This document shows positions 1 through 64,000 of a stretch of 64,000 bases of DNA, piece by piece. This stretch comes from Podarcis cretensis. Lineage: Eukaryota. The number at the start of each line of letters is the position of its first letter. Positions within the stretch are counted from its first letter, which is position 1. The position numbers and the translations under genes are program-made. The stretch lies in NCBI GenBank assembly GCA_951804945.1, contig OX638151.1, forward strand, positions 59,458,001 to 59,522,000, in the 5' to 3' direction. Under the pieces are notes generated by a model. It saw only the letters and a program-made list of their open reading frames with translations. It was not told the DNA's origin and made no database searches.

Positions 1-183
1 AGTTATTTAAATATTGATTCATATACAGAAAGTGCAACATTTGTTAGTTGTTACATAACTTGTTTAAAGTTTTCATTTTCCAAAAAGAGGTCTTGAGTAT
101 GAGTAAAAGTTAGCTTGGAGTCAATGCGTTTAGACTAAAAATAATACAATACAGATGTACAGCCATGACTTGGTGAATTGACC

Positions 184-3100
184 TTTATTCCTGCACTTAG
201 ATCTGTGTGAAAAGGGTTAATAAGGATTTGTGCTCCAGATCTTATTTCCAGAGTTTCCACTTGCACCAAAGCCAAGTTTACAATTACAAGTCTTTAGACC
301 ATCAGGCCTTACCTTGCTAACGTTATGATTTGATGCCAACTAAAACAGTATGACATGGAGACTTAAGTGGCCCTGTATGTCTAGAGACAAATTGAATTGG
401 CACATATTTCTGGCTTTGTGTATTTTGACAGTCTCCAATCCAACATTTACCTGGAACCCTGCATGTAAGGAGATGGTGGTAAATAACATGCTATTGTTTA
501 CAGTGAGTTCATTGCTGTACATAATGTTTAAGAGGTACCTAACTTTTTAAGGCTTTCCCAGGATCAATATATATACTGTTGAAATGGTCAACTGCTAAAT
601 CAACAATAAACTAAAATAATCTGTAAGCAAAAGTCTAACTCAAGGATGAACAAATTGTAAAAACATTTAAAAGCAATGTATATATTTTAAAAATCAGGAA
701 AATTTGCACTGGATTTGTAAACAGGCATAGAAGTTCTACCCCTTTGTCATTCAGTTTAAGCAATCATCATTGTTCCATTCCTAACATAGCTTAGGGATAT
801 TAATGTATACAATGCTTTCGATAAGAGTGAACACTGGTTTTTCCCTTTCCTTTCATTCAAGTTTGAACCAGTAAGGCAGCTTCTGTAGCCTAACAAATTT
901 AGATTGTGTTTGTTGTTTAAAAGAACAGGTGTTGTTGGCTTCTTTCCTTTGCTCAATTTGCTCTTTTAAAAAGCAATTGCCTTTTGAGGGTGTATCTAGA
1001 AAAGGAGAAAAAACTTTGAGGTGAGGGCTGCATTCTGTCAGGGGACAGAGGTCAGGGGTTGCATACGGGCCTATGGAGGGGTGACACCCCATTCACACTA
1101 ACCCACCCACATTTTCCCATGCAACTAATACCTCTGTTCACACACTTCTCAGGGCTATGCTTTCCTTTCACAGGCTCCAGCAGGGAAAGTCTCCACCAGC
1201 AGCTTGCTGTTGAGGGTGCAGAGGAACTGCGGAGGAGATGGAAACCTGATGCAGGCCACATCTCACATACGTGCCCCCGATTCAGAAGGATAAATATTGC
1301 AAGGTACTCATTTTTTAAATATTTGTTTTAAAACACAACCTAACACCTAAATGAAAATCCTGTTGGTCATACCACATGTATTTGCAATCATATGACCCAA
1401 ATTCAGTGTACCACATGTGCTCTGATGTACTTTGTGTATTGCTTCATTAACTTCAATTCCAGTAACACATTTGTAAATGTAAATGAATGTCCACGATCTA
1501 CTTTCTCCATTTAATAAATGGAACACTGTTTCCAAGTGTGGCAGCTGTGTGCACATCAAAATACATTGAACAGATTTGTTGGAAGCGGTACATTTTGGGG
1601 GTCCTAAGGTCCTTGACATGGGTGGAACTGTGGTCTAAACCACATAGCGTAGGGCTTGCCAATCAGAAGGTCAGCGGTTTGAATCCCTGCAACAGGGTGA
1701 GCTCCCATTGTTCGGTCCCAGCTCCTTCCTACCTAACAGTTCGAAGGCACATCAAGTGCAAGTAGATAAATAGGTACCGCTCCAGCAGGAAAGTAAACGG
1801 CGTTTCTGTGTGCTGCTCCGGTTCGCCAGAAGCGGCTTAGTCATGCTGTCCACATGACCCAGAAGCTGTCGGCGGACAAACGCCGGCTCCCTTGGCCTAT
1901 AGAGCGAGATGAGCGCTGCAACCCCAGGGTCGTCCGCGACTGGACCTAATGGTCAGGGGTACATTTACATATACCTTTAAGGTCCTTGACAGTCAGAAGT
2001 CAAAGGGGCCACTTGCTATGTTACGTTTTTTACTGTGTGAAAATATTATTGTAAAGCACACCCCTACCAAAAATGGGCATCTGGGAATTAGCATTGCATA
2101 TGACAGTCTTGGAGACAGACAATACATGTTGCCACCAAGGAATGTTTCTACTTGGTCCACATGAATCAACTGACATGTAATGTGAGAAATGACTTATTTT
2201 AGTGACTGCTTAATGTGCACAATTACTTGCCACTACAGACAGTTGCAGGTGCAAGGCACTTTTCTGGAGATAGCATAATTTGGGGGGCCAGTAATAGTGA
2301 GGGAGGAAGAATATGTTAAATCCTCTTTATATGAAGCCTCACTTCCCATGCACCATGTGATCTGTTTTGCCCATATTTATATCTATGCTGGTAGAAAGGG
2401 TCATATTAGTCTATTGCAAAAGCAGTCTTATTGCTTCAAATGTATTATGGTCAACATCCACAGGTTTAGTCTGTAAATCTACTTAAATGGAAAGTGGACC
2501 TGAAAGCAATGTGTCATTGTCTGTGTATGGATACTGGAAGTATTTACGGTACTTTTAAACTACACTGTCCATATTAACATGATTGCATGGAGGACAGCTG
2601 TATCCATATTACATAGCCCAGCATACTAAGCTTAAATACTGGACATGATTCAGTTAAATTGAAGCACCCTGAAGTCCCTTTTCATTGCTTGAATGCTCTA
2701 GTTTCAAAGAGCTAACTTCAACTGGCTTGTGCTCATCATGTGGAAGCTAACCTATGCTGGTATCTTTCAGACCCATGGTATTAGGCCCCAAGTGAAAACC
2801 TTTTCAGAAAATGAAACTTTTTGTGTACTTCAACACTTTTGGAAGCTTGTTCCATGTACTTTAATGGATGCACTTTTAAACAAGTTTATTTAGGATTAAA
2901 GCCTTAACAACTGCTTTTGTCAATTTGTTAACTTACTAACCTCCCTCGGCCCCGGCCACACATTCAACTGTCTCACATTCTCTACAGCCATCCTGTTAAA
3001 GCGTCTCTCTTCCTTATGTCTCATCAAAGGAAAGAAAATCCAGAGCAGCTTTGGATACCTCGGTTTAAACTACTTTATAATGATGTATTTTTTTAAAGCT

Positions 3101-4915
3101 AAAAGCAAAACAAGTCAAAAACACTTTTGGGGAAGGCTGTGTGCCTTTGTGACCCAACTTTCCTCTTAAGGTTGAATGTGCTTCAAGAAGTTGTATAAAC
3201 TACTTTCTTTTCAGAGGCAGGACAAAGCAAGTGAGTTAGAGAAGAGACGAGACTTGCGTAAAATTACAAAGGAGCTTTGAACCAGATCTGCGTTTCCAAT
3301 TCATCTTCCAGTTTACTTGCTGTTATTTATCCTGAGAAGCCTCTACAATTTTAGCTTGTTAATGGATGCTAAAGAATAATCTAGATACATTAGAACTCAA
3401 GCTGAGCTTATTTGGTATACAAAATGTCTGGCCATGTACAAAAATAAACTTCATCTATATTCACAGAAGGGAGTAAGAGATTCTACACTGCATTGTTTAA
3501 TAGTTTTAGAAAACAAGAACATGGGGAAGAAAGAACAAGCTGTTTCAGCATCCCAGGTGAACCTAAGTAGAGCCCTGCTGGATCAGAATAAAGGCTCATC
3601 TAGTTTAGCAGCCTGTTCGCACAGTGCCAACCAGATGGCTTTTACTCTAATTGTCATTTTAACACCCAATAATAGAGGTATTATATTTACTTCTTGCAAG
3701 AATGACAGCTTAAAGTTTGTTTTCCCCATCAATACAATGGAATGTGTTTCTTGTTCTGGTACTGTGTCAGACACACAATTTTCTTATCAGTTAATTTACT
3801 TCCCTGGATAACCTTTCGTTTTTTCAGAGACCAATGTTTTCATTGATATGGTCAGGATACCAAGTCAAAGCTGCAGCATTTCAACTGACAATATAATACA
3901 GTACACCAAATTGCAAGTAACATGAAAAACCTTTTTTTTATAATTATATATGTACATACACAAGGCAAAATATATTTTAGCCTTTTAGTAATACCAGCAT
4001 ACGAACTGCCATAAACAAGTTGTTAGCCTGAGAACCAAAATCTGACTTCAAAAAGAAAACTTTACAAAACAGATGTTACAATCTACAATAACAGCTATAA
4101 GACACAAACCTGTCAGGTGCCAAATAATAGTGACAACAATGAAATGCCTCTGAAACACGAATGCTGTAAGTGAACTGCTCAAAAGCATTTTAAGGCAAAT
4201 AAAAAGCTGAGTGCTAAAGAAGCAGTTATAAAAATGACTTTAATTCTATACAAATAAGGAATTTTCTGAGTTGGTCTTGGAAATTGCACTGGCATAAAAG
4301 GAGATCCACAATAAAACTAAATCCATTGAGGATCTTTGGCCTACCTAGAGGCTCAGAAACCTGAAAAAAACCCACCAAACACAGGAAGGAGTTTTATTTA
4401 TTTATGTAAAACGAATTGGTGGATTGAAAAGGATAAACATAAGCTACTATGAAGAGATGTAATGTTTAAGATTTTTACTTGTAAAAACACCCCCTGGGGT
4501 GTTTGTTTGCTTAGGACTGTAGATCCATGATTTATCAATGAGCTGCACTTTAACAAATGAGCAGCCCCAACTCTACTCCTCCAAGTTCCTGGGGCTTAAA
4601 AGTTGATGTAAAGTTCCCTTTTTTGTAATGGACATGCATATTCTGAAATGGGTCGAAGCCAGCCTCAGTCTTTAAGAAATTAACATAACTGTGCCTTTTC
4701 TTTAAGGGGTAATCAGAAAGCACCATTTCCCTCTCAAAACAACTTCTTATATTCTCCTTTGTGAATCGTTGACAGAGAAACACAAGGGCCTCAACGTCTT
4801 CCCAAAGACCTCCATTGCCTGATGCCAAAGAGCTTTCTGGAGAAATTAAAGATGAAATTGACATGGTAGGAAACTCTGGCTTTTCCAACTGGCAGATGCT
4901 ATGTTTCAGAGTGTG
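184..4915 (-). other. SASH1: Probable SASH1 3' UTR (end not defined)
   Basis: AT-rich sequence after the stop codon. Minus-strand AATAAA at 4393-4402, 2885-2890 and 184-189. A Pumilio-type TGTACATA lies at 3949-3956. The true end may be any of these signals or lie outside the window. Confidence 0.5.
1615..1977 (+). mobile_element. Sauria/Squam1-type tRNA-derived SINE, near full length
   Basis: tRNA-like head with B-box-like GGTTTGAATCCC, characteristic body (AAGTGCAAGTAGATAAATAGGTACC; TAGTCATGCTG.CCACATGACC) and degenerate (ACCTTT)n tail. Direct repeat TAAGGTCCTTGACA at 1605-1618 and 1978-1991 is a TSD. Confidence 0.88.
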
Positions 4916-55613
<50,698 letters not shown>

Positions 55614-55677
55614 CTAAAACACAAAACAGAAACAGAATGATTGTGGCAAATGTCTGACGTGTCTTGGGAGTTGTCTG

Positions 55678-55977
55678 CAGGGCTGGCTGCTTCAAACGAA
55701 GGACCAAAATGCACCATCTGCCCCTGCCCTTCCATGTACTGACCCAACCGACAGTTGAAGCTTACTTCCACACTGGCAACAGGCCAGTGTCCTCCACCAC
55801 TGTACCTTGAGGGCAGAAGGCTAACTTAGGGGGCACAGGACAGGCTGTACAGCACACAGAGCTCTGTCTTCCAACAGAGGGAAATGGGGAGGGGGGCAGC
55901 TGGGGGAGGGCAAGGACACACAGCATTTGCTGTCTGGGGCAGTCGCCTCACTCTGCCTCATGGTAGGACCAGCCCTG
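55678..55977. mobile_element. hAT MITE (300 bp) about 65 bp upstream of exon 5
   Basis: TIR CAGGGCTGG at both ends; 8-bp TSD GTTGTCTG / GTTATCTG (7 of 8 match). Confidence 0.7.
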
Positions 55978-56544
55978 GTTATCTGGCTCACAGTAAGTCA
56001 GGATCTGAAGCATCAAATGCCCCCTCCCTGCTCCTTTTCTTATGAATGCACACTGAAGCCAGCAAGAGAAACTGTATCTCAGCACCAGCCACACTTAAAC
56101 AATGGCATTAGCTCAGCTCCAGCCTGAATGCTCTGAAACGAGCTTCTTGTGACTGATGCAGAAAAATATGTATGGAGAACAAAAGAGTTAAAGTTACAGG
56201 GTCAAAGGGGGAAATGTGCCAAAGAATGTCCTCTCCTCTCCCCCTCCCTCCCCAGGCTGTCAACACAGAAAATTAATACAACACTTCTACCAAGTGGTAA
56301 TATACTATGCTGTGCATGTAACTCTGCCTTTCGACTACTGCGGCAAACTGTAGCATTCTTTAATGCAAAAAATCATCACTTTTTGTGGGCTGGCAGTTTA
56401 CAATATATGAAAATAAACAGCATTAAAATTAGAAATATAAATAATGGTAATGATACTATTAATAATTACTTTCTTCAAGTTTATTATTGCTACCAAGCTT
56501 GGAGAAAAACAAGGATTTGAAGTCTCTATTCCAAAGAGAAAGAT

Positions 56545-56587
<43 letters not shown>

Positions 56588-56605
56588 GATAGATAGATGA
56601 TAGAT
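56545..56605. repeat. (GATA)n microsatellite
   Basis: About 15 units with GAT interruptions. Confidence 0.92.
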
Positions 56606-59600
56606 CTTCAGAAAACAAGATGAACATTTTACTTTGAGTGTGCTTCAAAGCTTAACTACACACTCAGAGTTTGACTTTGCAAACCCATCTGATCTGCACT
56701 TTCTAGGATTAGCAGTAGAGGGCACTGCAGTGTTTTTGATCAACAAAAGCTCTGAGAAGAAACCAAACTGTATTTTGTTTTAGACCAGTGCACACTGTAA
56801 ATGATCCAAGTGATTAGAGGCCAACAGTTTATAAGCATGAAAAACATAATCATCAATTTGCAGGGACATCATGAAAGGGGAAACGATAGCATGAAGTTTA
56901 ATTTTGATTCAGTAAATTCACCCAAGCAAAGGCAGTAACAGCAGTGTTTCGGATATGGCAAATCATCTTTCTTCTTCAGTCTGATTAGAAATTTAATCCG
57001 AGCCAGCCAGCCAACTGATGCAACCAAATTCCAGATCTGGGCTGCACCAGGTGCATGCTGGAAGGGGGCCATTGCTAGTTTCCTTACTGGTGCAGTTTAC
57101 ACACGGGACAGCTTGTAAAAGGAAAATTAATGGCTTGGGTGGGTTCACAGCACTAGCAGCCAAGTGCTTGATTGTTAGGAAGGAGCTCAAACAAACAGGC
57201 ACAGAAGAAAATATATAGCAGCCTTTAGATAGGCCCTTGGAGCACAAAAATATATATATTTAGGAGTGTAAGTGTGGTATATTTATAAAACTCGGGGGTT
57301 TTGTGAACATTCATGTACTTTAATTTCCTATCTGGTCCTGCAAATGTTGTTCCACATCAACAAGTTTGTGCTTCCACCCTACATCCCAGACTGCTCCTGT
57401 CTGAGGTTCTTTTACTTTTGATCATGAGAGATGTACAGACATCACCCTAGAGAATGCATCTCACCCGGCACCCCACCCCGCTCTTCAGGGTCACTATCAG
57501 TAATATAAAAACCTTAACTACCAGCTTTTCAGGTTATGCAGGTGCATTCACAACCACATAAACAGGCTCTTAAAACAATAAAAATGGTGCCACAGACAGG
57601 AGAAACAGGAAAGGAAGGGACAGCCACAAAGCATCATGCTACTTGAACTTCACTACAGCAACTATACAACAGCTATAGGAATCTCCACTATCCTAAAAAA
57701 ATAAAAAATGGTATTAGAACACTTTGCAGGAATTATACTGAATTTTTATCCCATAATACTGCAAAGTATGGAAAACAGGACACTTCTGTCACTAAAAGTG
57801 TACTATGATTTAGAATATACAACTTATATATTAATATGGGGATTCATTGCCCTTTTGATACAATGGGGGGTGGAAGTCTGGGAAAGTGCACAGAAAGCAG
57901 ACAGAACAGAAGTTTGTTCAGCAGCTAGAAAATATATTTGCTTTTAACCATTTAAAGTAGGGATGGAGAATCTGTAGCTCTTCAAGTGTTGTTGGTTTCC
58001 AGCTCCTATCATCCTTGACCACTGCTCATGCCCTGATTTAAAGAGTTTCACGAGAGTCAGAATTTAACTGCATGTAAATTTTATGCTCAACCTTAGATGG
58101 CTTTTTAAAAAATATATGCTTAAAACCATTCTATGGAAGCCAATTAACACCCATGGCAGATAAATGGAACCTCCACGTTCAGTACATCTCTGAATACTGG
58201 TTACTGTTTAAAGTGAGAACATTTCTCATACACCATACCAGATATATAATTATCAGATGTACTTATAACAACCTATAAGTATGTTTTTATTATAATGTCC
58301 ATATTGAAGATTTGGGTGGGAGCACAGGCACCAGCTCTAAGGGACCCAGGTTCTTTCAGTCCCTCCAAGAAAATACGCCCCCCCCCATGTTAAGGACAAT
58401 CGGGGCGGATTTCATAGGTGCCAACTCTGGTCCATTGCACTCCCCAAAAAAATTCTTCTGGGGGCACAGCCCAGACCATATGTTTTGTCACACTCAGCTT
58501 CTTGCCACACAGGAGAAAGGTAGGGGGAAGGAGCCCTGGACCAGTGTCGGAGGAGGAGGCAAAGCATTGGGAGAAGGACCACTGAAACTGTGTCACCACC
58601 ATGTTCAGCTCCGCCTCTGGCTCCTCTTGATGTCACGTGTGCATCACCAGCCTTTCCAATCTTCTGCTCAAGTTGGTGCTTATGGATGGGGGGAAATGAT
58701 CATAGCTGCCTAAAGGCACTTAATCAGCTTGTGATAGAGGCAAGATCAGAACCAGGGACTTTTGGGTTAACAGCTCAAAGTCTTAGCTACTACAATACAC
58801 CAGCTGCCTTCATTGTTTTTAAAAAGCCCACTAGTAGCTGCTAGAAAGCAAAATATGAATTTTCCTATCTAGAAGGCATGTACCAGTTGGATATTTCTCC
58901 CATTCCTTTTCACACTTGTATACAGCAATGTTTGCTGGAGAGTTAAAAAAGGACATTTGACTTTGCATTCTATAAAGTATTTTGCCTTCAAGTCTTGCCC
59001 AAGGTGTGAATGATTAATTATTACTTTCCTTAAATATGTAGGATGAAGAATTTATGGCATTTGAAAATGGCCTTATTGTTTGATTTGACAATTATGCTGC
59101 TCTGACTGTGTTGAACCTGCAGCTTCTCTATGAACACACACCAGACATAATTTGTGTTCTTCCATTCATGGACTGACAACTCGCTCTGAAACTTAATGAT
59201 GCAGTGACACTTGGCAGAAGTTTCAGCACTGCATGTCTGAAAAGCAGCCAAATGCCATTACTCCATGGCTTTGGCCCTTTGGTTTTGCTATGCTCTGATG
59301 TACAGCTTCATTAGCAGACTTCCCAATGAAATGCACTCCGACGCACATAGTAAAAGGGCTCTACAGATACTGACTCATGTAAGGAAGAAAGACATAGAAT
59401 AGATGGCCAATTACAGACCATGATAAGGAGATCTGCTTACTACCAGGTTCTAGTTCTGGTGGGAAATTAAATCCATTAAAAATGTTCATAACTTTAGCTC
59501 ATGCTTTAATGTCAACATTATTTCTAGGTCCATGCCCCAAAACTTGATAAGTGAAAGAGATGTTGAAAGAAAGATGCAGCAGGTTCCTTGGAAATGGCAA

Positions 59601-62600
59601 ACATATGACCTGGGATACAACCAGAAATTTTTTTGCAAAGCTTCACTTTTAGACCACAGAGTACACTCCAGCAAAGCTGGTCTTGTCTAGTTATGGTCCA
59701 ACAAATGGTCAAACTGAATGAGAAAATAGAATGGATGTTAGTCAACAGTTCTGGTGCATAAGCGCCGAGAATGTGGAACACTCCAGTATGAACAATTTTA
59801 CAGGTAAATGATTTTCATCTACCTACCTACCCATGCATCCTTCATTCCATCCCTATTCTTCTGGATACTCCTATGTGACTTTTTGGGTTGCTTTCTTCTT
59901 ATTTTTTGGCAAATAAGAAGAAAAAAGAATACTGTTTTGATAGCAGGCCCAAAATGATCCTCCATTGGGTTGCGGTGGTGGATGCCACACACCTCACTGC
60001 TATGGTGACCCATTTCCAATCTTCATAACTTCCTTTTCAAAAGTCTGGCGATCCTGGCAGTGGGGTGCACTCTACAGACTGAGTGCATTGCACACAGATA
60101 AAAGGGAAAGCTACTTTCGGTGTAAACACTATTTTCTGGCTCTCCTTTCAGTGAGTTAGTAAAGCTTTAACTTCATCAGACCTGTCCTCCTTCTAGTCTG
60201 TGTCAGGCATCTGTGGGGTTTATTTTGCATACACAGTGGCTGACTTTATAAGGCACGGAGTCCATTTGTGACCTGAAATATAAAATAGCCTTGTGCTTCT
60301 GCAATATGCAGAACAGTAAATGGAAACAAACACCACCATGTGTGCTGCTTTTATGAACATGCTGTTTAGATCGGAAAGGTCATTGGTTTTTTCCCCCAGC
60401 AACACAAAGAGAAACTGAGAATAAGATTATCCTGATCGGTTTTTATTTTGCTATTAAGAATCATAAATACAGATGTGCTCTAAAATATACCCAGATCTCA
60501 TTTATTGAATGCAAATAGCACAGGTGCATAATGTGGTCCTAAAAATTAAGACAGCTACTAAAAACCGCCCATAAAATTATACTCTCTTCTCCCTTCCCAG
60601 CATCTATTTACAAACCAAATGGAACAGATAGCCTGATATAAAGTTATTGCTTATATTTGGAGCACAAAATGCACCAATACAAAAGCCTTTTGCTTGCTTC
60701 CTTTGAAGGTGGTTTGTTTATCTGCCTGCTTTACACAATGCCCAGTGACTAAACTACTGTGAAAACTGACACCTTTATGAGAGGAGCTGACTGACTTCAA
60801 GATAATTTATTTAAGGGGGGATGACACTGTGAGGAAAATGGGTCTTTAGTCCAATAAAGATTTGCATGGACCTGAAGGGAAATACAAGTCTGAGGGGCTC
60901 TGACCCTGCTAGCATCAGTGTGAGAAACATGGAAAGCAGAGAGGTTCTATTCAATTATCTTGTCATTAGGTCTCCATAGCAATGGCTCTTTCAGCAGGTC
61001 AAAACTTTCTCAGCAGTTACAAACATGGCACTGCCTTTGTTTTGTTTTCTTCCCCCCTATGTAGGCAACAGAGAAGTAGCCATATTGATTGTGCTTACTT
61101 TACAGTGGAAGCAGGTCCCATCAGTTCACAGCATCCTTGATCATGAGTAAGATCACAGAACCTGGCTTCTAGTATGGTATCTATATTGCATCTATAAGTC
61201 TCTAGTCCAAAACAGAAACCATAGGGAAAAACCCCTTCACTGGCATGACAATCGGCAGGAAAAGAACAGGATTTTTCTTTGTCTCCTTCAAGCCATGTAT
61301 GAAAAGCTGGAAGAGCCATGTATGAAAAGTTGGAAGAGCAACAACTAGGGAGGCCTTAGAGGAATTGACCAAATACTGAAGAAAAACTAGGTCCAAAGCA
61401 GATATCAGGCACACCAATTGAGTTGAGTGGAGGCCGACAAAGATCTCCATCTCTCATTCAGGTTCAGAAAGATATCCTGGAAGCTCTGGGCCTTACAAAA
61501 GAAATTGCCCCAAAGGACTGTGTTGAGAAAATTGGGCTGAAGTTGAATAAAAGGAAGCAGTTTACAACCCACTTCGTAATTCCAAACATCCTCCATTACA
61601 ATCTCACCTCCAAGAACTGCTTTATGAGAACCAAAACTGAGATAATCTCCCAAAGGAACTCGCATACCTCAGAAAGTATTTGTAGCAAAGCTGAGCCCAC
61701 TCTGAGAAGATAAATCTGAAGCACCCATAGGAAGATGAGCAGTGGGAAATATCACCCACAGTTGCACCTGAAGGCCTTCTATTCTCCCATCACTGAGGGG
61801 GCTGCTGGCAATCCATGGCAATTCTCTATGCTCAGACTGGGCAAGTACTGTATGACTCAGAGAACAGGAAGACAATAATTGCTTTTTGCCCATACTTCTG
61901 TTCCACCTCTGGCAGAATTACGTGCCACCACTTACATGGGACACTGAGAGAGAACTACACTAATGTGAAGAGTGCAGTAACATCTAGATCTAGTTACTCA
62001 CACCTGGAACTGCTGCATTTCCCCCTCTTTCTGTAAAACCTTTGGTTCTTGAGGCGCCAGGTGCCTGACCCAGGCAAGGATCTCTAGGTGGAGCCATGCA
62101 CTCTCCACCAGAGCTCAAGAGCTGATAGAGGCTTGAGGCCTGGGTTTGGGAGGTTACTCACTTCTGCCCTCTGTCCCTCCAGTGATGATGGGCAATGTAT
62201 CCAATGACTGGCAGAGTTAACTGTGGTTTGCATGAGAGCAGAGTCTGGACTGCGTCGACCCATTCTAGTGACAGAACTAGTACTGCCTGACCCTGTTCAG
62301 TCTCCCTGCTTGAAATCAAAGGGCAGAGCACCACTTTGGAATTTTCTTGGCCAGCTGAGACCTACCTCCAGATTACGGAGGTGAGCTTCTTTTTGGCAAA
62401 GGTCGCCTGAAGGACAGAGATGAAAAAGGAGGGGTAAAACCTCAGCAGCCTTTTGCTCCAAAACATCTAGAAATGGCTAGGTTGGGGAACACTGAACTAT
62501 CTGTTAATAAACGAAGATCACCAGGAAGCGTGTAAAAAAGAGAGGCCAGTAAACAGTAGATTCTAAAGCTGAGGGAGGCACACACAAAAGCAGATTTGGT

Positions 62601-64000
62601 GTCTGAAAATATACAGGCAGAAAGACCGGCTTGGCACAAGGTACACAGCCCATCACCATCTACAAATGTGTTTGGGTCATGACAAACAGCATTAACTCGC
62701 AGCAACAAGCTCTACATTCTTCTGAAAGGAGGCTTTCGTTTCTCTGAGAACAATTGCCAGGAAACATTCCTTCAGCTGCTCAGAGGCACATTGGTCTGGC
62801 TTGTCACATGTCACAAGCACTGTTTGGCTGGTTTCTCACTCCCATTGTGAATGTTATTGTGGGAGTTTCCTGCCCTACTTCTCTCAGGGAAATTATTTGC
62901 AAGCAGCATGAATAATTTGGCCACCAATGAAATTTAGCTTCAAACATAACACTCCATCTCTTCTTCCCTCCCCCCCCCCCACAAAACACCATTTTGCTTT
63001 GGAACAAGTTTAACTAAGTCTGAGGGAGACTGCTCTCCCCTCCCCTCTTTAATCTAGTTTATAGCGGTTAACAAAGCCAAGAGGAAGCATTCATTCTCTA
63101 GATTAAAAGCCAAGTTTCATACCAGAGTTTTCCTTTTTCCTTGCTTTGGCCTTTGCCCTTTCTTTGCTTTGCAGTTCTCATCACTGTCGTTATTCTGGCT
63201 TATTACAGATGAGCTCATAGTAAAATGTCATAGTTAATTTGGTTGCTGTGACAATCTGCTAGAATCAAACATGACAGTACTTAAACCACTCAACTGATAA
63301 TATCACCCAGAGTACTGATTCAGCATCCTTCTAGATTAGGACTGCAGTCTGGACATTAACCACAATAAGATCAACAGTCTTATCTTTAGAATTCTGGGAA
63401 GTCCATTGTTTAAATCAGGTGACCTGTGCACATGAGTATTGATAGAGAAACTGCATATAAATGTAAGAATGATTTGGAGATCTATACTGGGACCAGTGTT
63501 AGAAACTGAGATATGAAAGCTAGGAGCTAAATGGGACTTTAAACCTAGGTTATGTGTTCTGCAATGAAGTGTTTAGGTCCACTTTTTAAATAACAAGAAT
63601 ATAAAGCTGAAAATGAATTAACTGCAGCTAAAATCTTATATTCGTTTTTCACATGGTCTAATCCTCATCTGAAGACTGCAAAAATCAAAGCCATACTTCC
63701 CTGGCCCATCCCCTTTAATATTCTTATGAGGGTCCCTTCTCCAGTCCTCAGAGAGTGGCTGGAAGTGGGGAGGCAGAAAAAGGTTCTCCTTTCGTTCCTG
63801 CAGTGGCAGTTTTAATTTAAAAACTTAGGTGCAGTACTGCTCTCAGAGCTCAGAAACTGCTTGTATTAATGAAATTCCCTGTCACAAAATGCACCTAGAA
63901 CAATGGGAGTTTTGAACACTGACTGGCACCCATAGAAATTTGGCTGAGGATAGGAAATGCTTCTGTACATATACACAGGGCTTGCTAATTTTCCTTTCCA

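Noticed and set aside
4550-4888. 112-aa minus-strand ORF just downstream of the SASH1 stop codon
   Set aside because: No recognisable motifs, and its start codon is non-ATG. Treated as a chance ORF in the 3' UTR.
59819-60019. 66-aa minus-strand ORF ending near AG|gtagat, which would be in phase with exon 5
   Set aside because: Weak donor inside a GGTA repeat, and no similarity to the SASH1 N-terminus I know. Consistent with chance.

Overview
Eukaryotic vertebrate genomic DNA, most likely from a squamate reptile. The Sauria/Squam1-type SINE and the MITE families present suggest a lacertid lizard (inference). The window holds the 3' ~90% of one minus-strand gene, SASH1 (SAM and SH3 domain-containing 1). 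I traced 16 coding exons, equivalent to human exons 5-20, from 55613 down to the stop codon at 4916. All introns are GT-AG and splice phases are consistent (3298 coding nt, about 1098 aa plus stop). The 5' exons lie beyond the right edge and the 3' UTR runs toward the left edge. Introns carry many short non-autonomous transposons (TA-flanked Tc1/mariner-pogo MITEs, hAT MITEs with 8-bp TSDs), SINEs, a solo LTR and microsatellites. There are no prokaryotic features and no CRISPR array. I cannot support a wholly new biological system here. The best leads are: (1) a stop-free, in-frame 165-codon extension of exon 10 ending at a second in-phase GT donor; (2) an inverted MITE pair bracketing exons 12-14 (450 nt, frame-closed, a circRNA candidate); (3) a 242-bp nested palindrome in intron 6; (4) a hAT MITE carrying telomeric hexamers; (5) a candidate internal first exon upstream of exon 9. 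Exon numbering and human comparisons are from memory, not from a search.
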